Shown piece by piece: positions 1 through 9,698 of a stretch of 10,194 nt of DNA. Numbering within the stretch: position 1 is the stretch's first letter; every line of letters starts with the position of its first letter. Location: assembly GCA_037138355.1 (NCBI GenBank), contig JBAXIL010000048.1, positions 1-10,194 on the forward strand, written 5' to 3'. This DNA is from a bacterium. GTDB taxonomy: Bacteria > Oederibacteriota > PGYV01 > Palsa-1178. Both the position numbers and the translations under genes were made by a program. Under the pieces are notes generated by a model that was not told the origin of the DNA, did no database searches, and worked only from the letters and a program-made list of their open reading frames with translations.

Positions 1-249
1 TGGTGTATCTATGATATTAATTCTGTGTTCGTTCCAAAGACAAGTTGTAGCAGCTTAAGTAAATGTATTGCCGCGCTTCTGTTCTTGTTCCATTCAATCC
101 ATAGTAGCAGCGCTTTCTTGTACTTCGCCTATCTTATGTGTCTTACCTGTATAATAAAGAACGCGCTCTGTAAGAGTGGTTTTACCAGCATCTATGTGGG
201 CCATTATTCCAATATTTCTTGTCTTTAGTAGTGAAATTTCTCTTGGCAT
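1..249 (-). CDS. fusA: Elongation factor G, 5' part (runs off the window edge); as given, interrupted by two in-frame stops (TGA at 94-96, TAA at 55-57)
   Basis: Manual translation from ATG at 249: [81 protein letters not shown]. It has the G1 P-loop AHIDAGKT and the start of G3 (IIDTP), an AGGAG Shine-Dalgarno at 261-265, and the canonical position after rpsL-rpsG. Absent from the ORF track, presumably because of the stops. Gene identity is secure, intact versus pseudogene status is not. Confidence 0.93.
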
Positions 250-315
250 AGTACCTTGTTCTCCTAATTTATTTTTTAACTTTCATTTTTCAGCAATTAC
301 TTAACTTTTACCTAT

Positions 316-783
316 TTACCAACGATAATGAGCAAATGCTTTATTAGCCTCTGCCATCTTATGTATATCTTCTTTTTTCTTTATCGCTCCACCCTGATTA
401 TTTGCTGCGGAGATTAATTCATTTCCAAGTTTTTCAAATGTTTTCTTTTCTTTTCTTTCTCTTACGGCATTAATCAACCAACGAATAGCAAGTGACTGTC
501 TTCTGTCTGGAGCTACTTCTACAGGAATCTGATAATTTGCTCCACCGATTCTTCTGGTCTTAAGTTCTAACAGTGGCTTGATATTTTCTATAGCCTGTTT
601 AAATGTTGCTATAGGATCCTTACCTGATTTCTCAACCATTTTTAATGCATCATATACGATAGTTTCTGCCGTAGCTTTTCTTCCCTGCATCATTATGCAG
701 TTAATAAGTTTTGCAACGAGTTGGCTATTATACTTCGTGTCTGCCGATATTTCTCTTTTTACTACTCTTTTTCTTCTAGGCAT
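316..783 (-). CDS. rpsG: 30S ribosomal protein S7 (uS7), 155 aa
   Basis: MPRRK N-terminus, RRIGGANYQIPVEV and HKMAEANKAFAHYRW motifs; AAGGAG SD upstream (793-798); follows rpsL. Confidence 0.99.
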   Translation of the reverse strand: MPRRKRVVKREISADTKYNSQLVAKLINCIMMQGRKATAETIVYDALKMVEKSGKDPIATFKQAIENIKPLLELKTRRIGGANYQIPVEVAPDRRQSLAIRWLINAVRERKEKKTFEKLGNELISAANNQGGAIKKKEDIHKMAEANKAFAHYRW

Positions 784-846
784 ATCTTGTTGCTCCTTTT
801 TTTAGCTTTTATTGCGTATTATATATTTTCTACAATCAAATAATAA

Positions 847-1233
847 TTAAGCTTTCTTTTCTTTTTTTGGTGCTTTTGCTCCGTATTTCGAGCGACTCTG
901 TCTTCTGTCTGCAACGCCTTGTGTATCAAGCGTTCCTCTAACAATGTGATATCTAACACCTGGCAAATCCTTAACCCTGCCGCCTCTTATCAATACGATA
1001 GAGTGCTCCTGTAAGTTATGTCCAACTCCAGGTATGTAGCAAGTTACTTCCTGTTTGTTTGATAATCTTACCCTCGCTACTTTTCTCAAAGCAGAGTTAG
1101 GTTTTTTTGGTGTTACAGTGTACACTCTGGTACATACGCCTCTCTTCTGAGGGCATGACTTTAATGCAGGTGAACTTGTTTTTACTTTTACCTGTCTTCT
1201 CTTGTGTCTTACTAATTGATTAATTGTAGGCAA
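847..1233 (-). CDS. rpsL: 30S ribosomal protein S12 (uS12), 128 aa, TTG start
   Basis: (M)PTINQLVR N-terminus, [19 protein letters not shown] and [10 protein letters not shown] motifs. TTG at 1233-1231 is preceded by AAAGGAGG (1241-1248) at 7-nt spacing. The 38 extra N-terminal residues in the ORF track run through the leader hairpins. Confidence 0.99.
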   Translation of the reverse strand: MPTINQLVRHKRRQVKVKTSSPALKSCPQKRGVCTRVYTVTPKKPNSALRKVARVRLSNKQEVTCYIPGVGHNLQEHSIVLIRGGRVKDLPGVRYHIVRGTLDTQGVADRRQSRSKYGAKAPKKEKKA

Positions 1234-1270
1234 CTTCTTGCCTCCTTTACTAAAATTTATTTCTACTTCT

Positions 1271-1309
1271 AAAAAAAAAAGACGATGAAAAGTAACTCTC
1301 CATCGCCTT
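1271..1309 (-). terminator. Intrinsic terminator-like hairpin within the rpsL 5' leader (candidate attenuator)
   Basis: Minus-strand RNA GGCGAUGGAGAG-UUA-CUUUUCAUCGUC (1307-1281; up to 12 bp, three G-U pairs) immediately followed by U10 (1280-1271). It lies between the promoter and the rpsL SD. Confidence 0.75.
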
Positions 1310-1383
1310 CTTATTGTATATAATATACACAACTCGATTCTAATCAATCGGCTTGAAAGAGCCTTTTCTAAAAACGCTCAAGT

Positions 1384-1411
1384 ATTATATGGAAAATACG
1401 ATTTTTGTCAA
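1384..1411 (-). promoter_or_regulatory. sigma70/sigmaA-type promoter for the rpsL-rpsG-fusA operon
   Basis: Exact TTGACA (1411-1406), 16-nt spacer, exact TATAAT (1389-1384), with an A-rich UP-element-like tract upstream (~1412-1440). Predicted start near 1377. The spacer is one nt shorter than optimal. Confidence 0.85.
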
Positions 1412-1702
1412 CTATATTATTCATTTATTTTTAGTTTTAATGCTAAAAAATACCTTATAAATAAGGTCTAAAATAACGCTTATTCGCCCAATTTTGAGCA
1501 TGTTTTTGAGTTTGCCCTGTTTTTATTAGTGTTTTATCTTGCAAAAATAAATATTATTAACAAAAAAAACAATAAAAAACACGATTGATTTTGTAATCTG
1601 AAACCTATATTTTTATTTATTTATTTTTTTATAGTCAAAAAACAATGTAAGAACATATACTGTTAATCATTCGAAAAAAATAATAATTCATATGTATTTT
1701 TT

Positions 1703-1740
1703 TAAAATAAGAAAGCCCGGGCAATAAACCCGGGCTTTTT
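1703..1740 (-). terminator. Rho-independent terminator after rpoC (possibly bidirectional)
   Basis: AAAGCCCGGG-N7-CCCGGGCTTT perfect 10-bp inverted repeat (1712-1721/1729-1738), ~30 nt after the rpoC stop. The minus strand continues UUUCUUAUUUU after the GC stem, and the plus strand has a T5 run at 1736-1740. Confidence 0.88.
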
Positions 1741-1770
1741 ACTATCAAACCACCAACTGGTGGTAATTAT

Positions 1771-4700
1771 TTATTCTTCTTTTATTTCTGTTTCAGTTTC
1801 GTCTGTTTCTTTTTCTTCAGCATTTTCTTCTGCTAATTCTTTTTTGCTTCTTTTAACTTTTTTACGCTCTACTTTTTTGAACTTAGCAAACTCTGCAACT
1901 CCGGTCCCGGCTGATATCAAATGACCTATGATTACATTTTCTTTCAGGCCTTTTAACATATCAACTTTTCCGTTTACTGCTGCATCTATGAGAACTCTTG
2001 TTGTTTCCTGGAAGGAAGCAGCAGATACCCATGAGTCAGTAGAAAGAGCAGCTTTTGTAATACCAAGAAGAATAGGCTTTGCTTTCGCAGGTGTCTTTTT
2101 CTCTTTGTCCATTTTTTCATTTTCTTTGACAAATTCAAATCTGTCAACTTGTTCATCCATAAGATACTTTGAATCTCCTGGATCATCAACTCTTACTTTT
2201 TTCATCATCTGACGAACCATAACTTCAATGTGTTTGTCATGAATTGTTACACCCTGTAAGCGGTAAACTTCTTGAACCATGTTTAAAAGGTGTTCCTGCA
2301 CAGCATTTTCTCCCTGTACTGAAAGAATGTCGTGTGGACTTACATTTCCATTGACTAACTGTTCGCCATTTTCTACTTCGTCCCCATCTCTAACATTGAC
2401 ATATTTACCATGAGGAATCTGATATTCTCTTTCAGTGCCATTATCATTTTTAATCATTATCTTTCTGGCGCCTGATGAAGTTTCTTCAAAACTTACTTTA
2501 CCCTGAATTTCGGAAATGATAGCTGGATTTTTTGGTTTACGCGCTTCAAAAAGTTCTGCAACGCGTGGAAGACCACCAGTTACATCTCGTGTCTTAGAAA
2601 GTTCTTTTGGGAACTTTGCAAGAACTGTACCTATTTTTGCTCTCTGTTTATCTTTAACTTCAAGTCTTGCTCCTACAGGTATTGAATAAGAAACAAGCAC
2701 ATCGCCATTATCTGCGAGTATACTTATATGAGGATGTTTCCTTTTATCACGCGATTCCACTATGAACATACCAAGTGTACCGGCAGTAGGATCTGACTCT
2801 TCTCTCATGGTCACATCTTCAATAATATCATCAAACTGAATCTTTCCACCCTTTTCAGTAAATATTGGATTGTTATACATATCCCATAATCCAATAACAG
2901 TTCCTTTTTCTGTAGGGGTTGCTTTTTTTACAATGGCTCCGTCTTTCACCTTTAAAATAGTTCCATATAATATTGGACGAGATTCTCTTTCAACATTCTT
3001 CTCATCAAATATGGATACTTCACCATTTCTACTGGTTACAATCATATCTTCATTTTCATTCTTAACAAATTTAATATTAATGAATCTTGCTATACCGTCG
3101 TGTTTTGCCTCAAGTTCAGACTCTCCAACAACGCGCGATGCAGTACCACCAACGTGGAAGGTACGAAGTGTAAGCTGAGTTCCTGGTTCACCTATTGACT
3201 GAGCAGCAATAATACCAACTGCTTCTCCAAGCTCAACAAGCTTTCCTGTTGTCAAGTCAGCTCCATAACACTTAGAACAAACACCTGATTTTGCTTCGCA
3301 AGTTAATACCGAGCGAACTCTTATTCTTTCATGTCCCATATCTTCGATTTTCTTGGCAATTACTGGAGTAATCAGTTCATTTGACTTGACTACAACATCA
3401 TCAGTTACAAGATCAACTACATTATCTAATGCTACTCTCCACATAATTCTGTCGGAAAGAGGTTCAATAATTTCGTCGCCTTCCTTGATAGCCATGACAC
3501 TAATTCCATTAATTGTAAGACAATCTTGTTCTGTGATTATAACATCTTGCGCCACATCAATTAACCTTCTCGTCAAGTAACCTGCATCAGCAGTTTTTAA
3601 AGCCGTATCCGCAAGACCTTTGCGAGCTCCGTGTGTTGAAATAAAATATTCAAGAACTGTGAGACCTTCTCTGAAGTTTGATTTAATCGGAGTTTCAATA
3701 ATTTCGCCGACTCCACCAGTCATTTTCTTCTGAGGTTTTGCCATCAGGCCTCTCATACCAGCAAGCTGTCTTATCTGGAGCTTTGAACCTCTTGCACCTG
3801 AATCTACCATCATCCAAACTGGGTTAAATCCGGCCTGATCTTGTTCTAACTCTTTTATCATGAAGTCAGCTACTTTATCAGTTGCCGTTGTCCATTTATC
3901 GATAATCGCATTATAGCGCTCACCTTCCGTGATGATACCATCGTCATATCTCTTACGGATAGAAAGTGTTTCTTTATCTGTTCTGTAAACTATTTCTTCT
4001 TTTTCTTTTGGAATTAAGAGATCGTTTAAACCGATTGTAAAGCCTGCTAATGTCGCATGCTTAAATCCTATCTCTTTCATTTTATCAAGAACCTCTGCGG
4101 CGATTTTTGAACCATAACGCTCAAATATCACACCGACGAGTTTACCTATCTGCTTTTTATCCATTTTTTCGTTTACAAATTCCATGCCTTCAGGAAGTAT
4201 CTTGTTGAATATTATTCTTCCTACAGTAGTTTCAACCTTTTTTGTCTTCATTTTTACATCTATCGCTGTATGAAGTTTTATGGCTTCATGGTCAAAAGCA
4301 ATAACAGCCTCTTCTATTGAGAAAAATAACATTTTCTTTTTTGGCTTAACTGCTTCTTCCTTATTCAAGTAATAAATTCCAAGCACGATGTCCTGGTTAG
4401 GAACAATAATCGGCTTTCCTGAAGCTGGAGATAAGATATTAAGCGGAGCCAACATGAGAAGCTTAGCTTCTGTCTGTGCTTCAAAAGATAAAGGTACATG
4501 AACAGCAAGCTGGTCACCATCAAAGTCAGCGTTAAATCCGCCGCAGACAAGAGGATGAAGAGTAATTGCGTTGCCTTCAACAAGTATTGGTTCAAAACCC
4601 TGAATAGAATGTCTGTGAAGTGTAGGTGCACGATTTAACAGCACTACATGGTCTATAAGAATTTCTTCAAGTATATCCCAAACTTCTGGACGGACATTTT

Positions 4701-5979
4701 CAACCATTTTCTTTGCACTTTTTATGGTGTGTCCTGTTTCCTGAACTTTGTTAATGATAAAAGGCTTGAAAAGTTCGAGAGCTATCTTTTTTGGAAGTCC
4801 GCACTGATAAAGTTTCAGGGATGGACCAACAACAACAACTGAACGCCCCGAATAATCTACGCGTTTTCCAAGAAGATTCTGTCTAAATCTGCCCTGTTTT
4901 CCTTTTAACATATCAGACAATGATTTAAGAGGTCTATTTCTGGCGCCTCTTACTGGATGTCCGCGCCTGCCATTATCAAAAAGTGCGTCTATGGCTTCCT
5001 GTATCATTCTCTTTTCATTCTTAATGATAAGCTCAGGAGAATTAATTGAAATAAGTTTTTTCAATCTGTTATTTCTGTTTATTATTCTTCTGTACAGGTC
5101 ATTTAAATCAGAAGTAACAAATCTTCCGCCGTCTAACTGAACAAGAGGACGAAGTTCTGGTGGTATGACAGGAATAACATCTAAAATCATCCACTCTGGT
5201 TTATTACCTGATTTTCTAAATGCCTCTACAACTTTTAATCTCTTAACTATATCTTTCTTTTTCTGCAAAGACACAGTCTTAACAAGCTCTTTTCTTAAAT
5301 CCTTAGCGAGCTTTTCTATGTCCTTTTCCCTGAGCAATGCCTTGATAGCGTCTGCACCGATTTTTACATTTAAAGCATCAGGATATTTTTCTTTTAATCT
5401 GATATAATCATCTTCGTTCAAGAGCTCATATTTTTTTACATCTGTCGCAGTACCCGGATCAATAACTATATAATTTTCATAGTAAATAACCCGTTCTAAA
5501 CTTCTGGCGGAAATGCCGAGCAAGTAAGCAAGCTTCGAAGGGATGCCTTTTAAGTACCATATATGAACCACGGAAACAGCAAGTTCAATATTTCCCATTC
5601 TTTCTCTTCTTACTTTTGATTCTGTAACTTCAACTCCGCATTTGTCGCAAGTAACGCCTTTGTATCTTTGTTTTTTATATTTACCACAAGCACATTCATA
5701 ATCTTTTGTTGGCCCGAAAATCTTTTCGCAAAAAAGCCCGTCAAACTCAGGCTTAAAAGTTCTGTAATTGATCGTCTCGGGTTTCTTTACTTCTCCATGT
5801 GACCACTGTCTAATAATCTCAGGTGAAGCAATTGTTATCTTAATAGCATTAAAATCAACTTCTTTAACCTTGCCTGGTTCATCCTTTGATTTAAGCAGCT
5901 CGCTTAAATTAAGAGGAGTAGCTTTAGGTTCTATTAGTGGTGATTTCTCTTTTTTCTTATTCTTTTTGTCTTTAGCCAT
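1771..5979 (-). CDS. rpoC: DNA-directed RNA polymerase subunit beta', 1402 aa
   Basis: Catalytic NADFDGD (4513-4533), N-terminal Zn finger (ECACGK...TCDKCG), second Zn site (QDC...LTCE...VCSKC), [20 protein letters not shown], bridge helix [17 protein letters not shown], trigger loop with SI3-type insertion (~2590-3140), [17 protein letters not shown] in the 17-nt gap after rpoB. Confidence 0.99.
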   Translation of the reverse strand: MAKDKKNKKKEKSPLIEPKATPLNLSELLKSKDEPGKVKEVDFNAIKITIASPEIIRQWSHGEVKKPETINYRTFKPEFDGLFCEKIFGPTKDYECACGKYKKQRYKGVTCDKCGVEVTESKVRRERMGNIELAVSVVHIWYLKGIPSKLAYLLGISARSLERVIYYENYIVIDPGTATDVKKYELLNEDDYIRLKEKYPDALNVKIGADAIKALLREKDIEKLAKDLRKELVKTVSLQKKKDIVKRLKVVEAFRKSGNKPEWMILDVIPVIPPELRPLVQLDGGRFVTSDLNDLYRRIINRNNRLKKLISINSPELIIKNEKRMIQEAIDALFDNGRRGHPVRGARNRPLKSLSDMLKGKQGRFRQNLLGKRVDYSGRSVVVVGPSLKLYQCGLPKKIALELFKPFIINKVQETGHTIKSAKKMVENVRPEVWDILEEILIDHVVLLNRAPTLHRHSIQGFEPILVEGNAITLHPLVCGGFNADFDGDQLAVHVPLSFEAQTEAKLLMLAPLNILSPASGKPIIVPNQDIVLGIYYLNKEEAVKPKKKMLFFSIEEAVIAFDHEAIKLHTAIDVKMKTKKVETTVGRIIFNKILPEGMEFVNEKMDKKQIGKLVGVIFERYGSKIAAEVLDKMKEIGFKHATLAGFTIGLNDLLIPKEKEEIVYRTDKETLSIRKRYDDGIITEGERYNAIIDKWTTATDKVADFMIKELEQDQAGFNPVWMMVDSGARGSKLQIRQLAGMRGLMAKPQKKMTGGVGEIIETPIKSNFREGLTVLEYFISTHGARKGLADTALKTADAGYLTRRLIDVAQDVIITEQDCLTINGISVMAIKEGDEIIEPLSDRIMWRVALDNVVDLVTDDVVVKSNELITPVIAKKIEDMGHERIRVRSVLTCEAKSGVCSKCYGADLTTGKLVELGEAVGIIAAQSIGEPGTQLTLRTFHVGGTASRVVGESELEAKHDGIARFINIKFVKNENEDMIVTSRNGEVSIFDEKNVERESRPILYGTILKVKDGAIVKKATPTEKGTVIGLWDMYNNPIFTEKGGKIQFDDIIEDVTMREESDPTAGTLGMFIVESRDKRKHPHISILADNGDVLVSYSIPVGARLEVKDKQRAKIGTVLAKFPKELSKTRDVTGGLPRVAELFEARKPKNPAIISEIQGKVSFEETSSGARKIMIKNDNGTEREYQIPHGKYVNVRDGDEVENGEQLVNGNVSPHDILSVQGENAVQEHLLNMVQEVYRLQGVTIHDKHIEVMVRQMMKKVRVDDPGDSKYLMDEQVDRFEFVKENEKMDKEKKTPAKAKPILLGITKAALSTDSWVSAASFQETTRVLIDAAVNGKVDMLKGLKENVIIGHLISAGTGVAEFAKFKKVERKKVKRSKKELAEENAEEKETDETETEIKEE

Positions 5980-5996
5980 TTATTTGCCTCTCCTTC

Positions 5997-8900
5997 TTAA
6001 TTTTCTTTCTTACTGCCGACTTTTTTCTTAACAAGTTCAACATTAAGCGCGAGTCCTTGAAGTTCCTTGATCAATACATTGAATGATTCTGGAATTCCAG
6101 GCTCTGGTATATTTTTACCTCTTACTATTGCTTCATAAAGTCTTTTTCTTCCTTCAACATCATCGGATTTCACAGTCAACATTTCCTGAAGAGTGTAAGC
6201 AGCACCATAAGCTTCAAGTGCCCAAACTTCCATTTCTCCAAATCTCTGTCCACCAAACTGTGCTTTTCCTCCGAGTGGCTGTTGCGTGATTAGAGAGTAA
6301 GGCCCGATCGACCTTGCGTGAATCTTATCGTCAACCATGTGTATGAGCTTCATCATGTACATGATACCCACAGTCACATTGTTAGCGTAAATCTCTCCTG
6401 TTTTTCCATCATAAAGTTTTGTCTTGCCGTCTGCATCCATTCCAGCTTCTTTCATTTCGATGCTTAATTCATGTTCTTTCATTCCATTAAATACTGGAGT
6501 TTCATATGCCTTATTTAATATTCTTCCGGCAAAACCTAAATTAGTTTCCATCAACTGCCCTACATTCATACGAGAAGGAACGCCGAGGGGATTTAAAACT
6601 ACATCCACAGGAGTACCATCCGCTAAGTAAGGCATATCTTCTACTGGAAGGACTTTTGAAATAACACCTTTGTTTCCGTGTCTTCCAGAGATTTTATCTC
6701 CAACCGATATTTTTCTTTTTTTAGCTATCAAGACTTTAACAAGTTTGATTACTCCAGGTGGCAAGTCATCGCCTTTTACCTGTTTTTTCTCTCTGTAATC
6801 ATTCTCTACTTTTTCCTGCATATAGCCAAAATAAACCGCTTCCTGTTCTTTCATTTTATTCTTTTCATCTTTTGAAGCATCCATGGAGTCAATTTCTTTA
6901 TGACGCTCTTTAAGTTTTATATCCAACTCCTGAACCATTTTATCTCTTTCTTTACGAAGACCTGAGATTTTCTCTTCTTCTTTATCTTTTCTTCTGCCGC
7001 GTTCTTTTCTGGAAAACATTCTTATATCAAGAATAATTCCTTCTATTCCAGGCGGTACGCGAAGAGATGAATCTTTTACATTATCAGCCTTTGAACCGAA
7101 TATGGCTTTCAAAAGTTTTTCTTCAGGAGTTAAGTTGGATCCTGAAATTGGAGTTACTTTACCTACTAATATGTCGCCTGGTTTAACCTTAGCTCCTATA
7201 CGAACTATACCTTCAGCATCAAGATTTTTTAAAGTATCTTCTGAAACATTAGGTATATCGCGAGTCACTTCTTCTGGCCCAAGTTTTGTATCTCTTGATT
7301 CAACTTCGTATTCTTCAACATGCACAGAAGTGTATGTGTCTCTCTTTAACATGTTCTCACTCAAAACAATAGCGTCTTCATAGTTGTATCCGTTCCAAGG
7401 CATAAAAGCCACAATTACATTTTTGCCAAGCGCGAGCTCGCCGTGGTTCATAGCTGGTCCGTCTGCTATGATATCGCCTTTCTTTACTCTGTCGCCTTTA
7501 TTGACGCGAGGCTTTTCATTAATAGTTGTATCTTGGTTTGTTCTTTTGAATTTACGCAATTCATAAACATCCATGCGATCCTTCAAAGTTCCTTCTTTGT
7601 CATCTCTTAATACGATAATACAATCTGCATCAACTAAAGCCACAGAACCAGCATGCTTTGCTGTAACTGCTCTGCCTGAATCTAATGCAGCTTTTCTTTC
7701 CATACCAGTACCGACTATCGCTCCTTCAGTAACTAATAAAGGAACTGCCTGTCTTTGCATGTTTGAACCCATGAGTGCTCTGTTTGCATCATCATGTTCA
7801 AGGAAAGGTATGAGTGAAGCCGCTACAGAAACAACCTGTTTCGGTGATACATCTATATAATCAACCTTATCTGGAGACATCATAGTGAAGTCACCTTTAT
7901 ATCTTACCAGTACAGCATCGTCAGTAATTTTTGCATGATCATCCAACTTTACATCCGAAGGACCTATGCGATAATTATCTTCAACATCTGCTGTCATGTA
8001 TTCTATCTTATCTTCGCCAAGCACTTTTGAATCTTTTACTTTTCTGTAAGGAGTTTCAATAAAACCGTATTCATTTACCCTGGCATAAGTAGCCAAGGAT
8101 GTAATGAGTCCGATGTTTTGTCCTTCAGGTGTTTCAATTGGGCAAAGTCTTCCATAGTGAGTGTAGTGAACATCGCGGACTTCAAATCCAGCGCGTTCTC
8201 TATTTAAACCACCAGGCCCTAAAGCGGAAATACGTCTTTTGTGTGTAAGTTCTGCTAAAGGATTTATCTGGTCCATAAACTGTGATAACTGTGACGATCC
8301 AAAGAATTCTTTGATAGCCGCAATTAAAGGTTTAGGATTAATAAGATTTGCAGGAATAGCATTTTTCATATCAATGATAGTCATTCTTTCTCTAATCATT
8401 TTTTCAACTCTGACTAAGCCCGCTCTGAATTGGTTTTCAACAAGTTCGCCGACTGAACGCACGCGCCTGTTACCAAGATGGTCTATGTCTGATTTTTCCA
8501 TTCTGTTTGAGTTTACATCAAAGAACTTCATTATTACTGCTATGATGTCCTGCTCATCTAATGTTTTTGTTGATTTATCTTTGTCTAAACCCAATGCCTT
8601 ATTCATTTTATATCTTCCGACTACACCAAGATTATATCTTTTGTGGTCAAAGAAAAGATTTTTAAAAAGAGTTTTAGCACCGGATAAGGTAGCAGGTTCT
8701 CCAGGTCTCATTTTTCTGTGAATTTCAATTAGAGCTTCCTGTTCGGACTTGATACCGTCTTTTTTGATAGTCTTTAAAACATTGAAGTAAGGATTGTCTT
8801 CTCCAAGAATTACTGTCTGAACCTTTTTTACATCGGCTTTTCTTAGCTTCTCAACAAGTTCTTTGCTTAAAAGAGTTGCTGATTCAGCTATGACTTCGCC

Positions 8901-9650
8901 GGTTGATTTCTCTATGACATCTTCAAACAAAAATTTTGAAACGATATCTTTGTCGTCAATAGAAATAGATTCTTTCTTAAAAAACAGAGAAAGAATTTCT
9001 TCTGTTTTACCATAACCCATGGCTCTTAATATTGTAGTTACCAGAAATTTCTTTTTCCTGTCAACTTTTGCATATACAAATTCATTAATATCATATTCAA
9101 CTTCAAACCATGTTCCTCTATAAGGAACAATTCTTGCTACATATACAGGTGCACCCATTAAGCCTTCGCCTTCTTCTTCCTCTTCGAAAGAAACTCCTGG
9201 CGAACGATGCAACTGACTGACTATAACTCTCTCGGCTCCATTTATAACAAATGTGCCGCGGTCTGTCATTAGAGGTATATCACATATATGAACTGCCTGT
9301 TCAGGCGCTTCTTTAAGTGACATTTCTTTTGTTTTTTCATCTACTTCTTTTATTGCCAGCCTAAATATTCCCTTTAAAGCAGCGGCATAACTTTCGCCTC
9401 TCTCTATGCATTCATCAACGGGATGCTTTGGTTGTCCAAATTCGTAACCGACAAACTGAAGCGTATAAAATCCGTTAAAGTCAGCTATTGGGAATACGCT
9501 GTTGAATACTTCTTGAAGTCCCTGATTTTTTCTTTTATCAGCAGGTAGTTCCCTCATGAGGAACTCCTTATAGGACTTCTTCTGGATGTCCATTAAATCT
9601 GGAATTTCCAGAACTTCTTCAACATTAAACTTCTGTTTCAATCTTCCCAT
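5997..9650 (-). CDS. rpoB: DNA-directed RNA polymerase subunit beta, 1217 aa
   Basis: [32 protein letters not shown], rifampicin region [59 protein letters not shown] motifs. Purine-rich SD AGGAAGGGG at 9658-9666. Confidence 0.99.
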   Translation of the reverse strand: MGRLKQKFNVEEVLEIPDLMDIQKKSYKEFLMRELPADKRKNQGLQEVFNSVFPIADFNGFYTLQFVGYEFGQPKHPVDECIERGESYAAALKGIFRLAIKEVDEKTKEMSLKEAPEQAVHICDIPLMTDRGTFVINGAERVIVSQLHRSPGVSFEEEEEGEGLMGAPVYVARIVPYRGTWFEVEYDINEFVYAKVDRKKKFLVTTILRAMGYGKTEEILSLFFKKESISIDDKDIVSKFLFEDVIEKSTGEVIAESATLLSKELVEKLRKADVKKVQTVILGEDNPYFNVLKTIKKDGIKSEQEALIEIHRKMRPGEPATLSGAKTLFKNLFFDHKRYNLGVVGRYKMNKALGLDKDKSTKTLDEQDIIAVIMKFFDVNSNRMEKSDIDHLGNRRVRSVGELVENQFRAGLVRVEKMIRERMTIIDMKNAIPANLINPKPLIAAIKEFFGSSQLSQFMDQINPLAELTHKRRISALGPGGLNRERAGFEVRDVHYTHYGRLCPIETPEGQNIGLITSLATYARVNEYGFIETPYRKVKDSKVLGEDKIEYMTADVEDNYRIGPSDVKLDDHAKITDDAVLVRYKGDFTMMSPDKVDYIDVSPKQVVSVAASLIPFLEHDDANRALMGSNMQRQAVPLLVTEGAIVGTGMERKAALDSGRAVTAKHAGSVALVDADCIIVLRDDKEGTLKDRMDVYELRKFKRTNQDTTINEKPRVNKGDRVKKGDIIADGPAMNHGELALGKNVIVAFMPWNGYNYEDAIVLSENMLKRDTYTSVHVEEYEVESRDTKLGPEEVTRDIPNVSEDTLKNLDAEGIVRIGAKVKPGDILVGKVTPISGSNLTPEEKLLKAIFGSKADNVKDSSLRVPPGIEGIILDIRMFSRKERGRRKDKEEEKISGLRKERDKMVQELDIKLKERHKEIDSMDASKDEKNKMKEQEAVYFGYMQEKVENDYREKKQVKGDDLPPGVIKLVKVLIAKKRKISVGDKISGRHGNKGVISKVLPVEDMPYLADGTPVDVVLNPLGVPSRMNVGQLMETNLGFAGRILNKAYETPVFNGMKEHELSIEMKEAGMDADGKTKLYDGKTGEIYANNVTVGIMYMMKLIHMVDDKIHARSIGPYSLITQQPLGGKAQFGGQRFGEMEVWALEAYGAAYTLQEMLTVKSDDVEGRKRLYEAIVRGKNIPEPGIPESFNVLIKELQGLALNVELVKKKVGSKKEN

Positions 9651-9698
9651 ATGTAAGCCCCTTCCTGTAAAGTATTTTTAAAACTTACGGCAAAAGAC

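Noticed and set aside
94..96. TGA at a conserved Trp position of EF-G suggesting UGA=Trp recoding (all six visible gene stops are TAA)
   Set aside because: The five complete genes (~3000 codons) are open under the standard code, so their 15 Trp codons are all TGG, as is the other visible fusA Trp. An AT-rich recoded genome would use TGA often. Recoding also cannot explain the TAA at 55-57 or the neighbouring missense changes.
55..120. A-biased differences in fusA resembling a diversity-generating retroelement template repeat or an RNA-editing substrate
   Set aside because: There is no reverse transcriptase or second repeat copy in the window. The repairs needed are heterogeneous (A->G, A->U, A->C, U->A), and the segment is in normal operon context at the sequence edge.
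784..846. E. coli-type S7 operator or internal promoter in the rpsL-rpsG spacer
   Set aside because: The 63-nt spacer is A/U-rich with no stable stems seen. Its TATAAT has TTGATT only 10 nt away and a poor -35 at correct spacing.
1281..1307. GGCGAUGGAG resembles the 5' end of a fluoride (crcB) riboswitch
   Set aside because: The following UUCGCC pairing and the downstream pseudoknot segment are absent, the bases are explained by the terminator stem, and the gene context does not fit.
1234..1347. 38-aa N-terminal extension of S12 in the ORF track
   Set aside because: S12 conventionally starts (M)PTINQL, a strong SD precedes the TTG at 1233, and the extension runs through the hairpins and U10 tract.
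1470..1702. AT-rich spacer as a possible small gene (e.g. L7Ae-like), extra promoter or repeat array
   Set aside because: There is no ORF in the track and I saw no SD-led frame. The minus-strand TTGACT (1633-1638) lacks a good -10, and the TTTA repeats and homopolymers are low-complexity background.
5980..5996. rpoB-rpoC fusion, split rpoC, inteins or introns
   Set aside because: The genes are separate with a stop and SD between them. Lengths are ordinary, and the large inserts match known lineage-specific insertion sites (SI1, SI2, SI3).
8209..8310. Rifampicin-resistance alleles in rpoB, and streptomycin alleles in rpsL
   Set aside because: Residues equivalent to E. coli Q513, D516, H526, R529 and S531 are wild type, Ala at the S522 position is a common natural variant, and the S12 PKKPNS and RVKDLP motifs are wild type.
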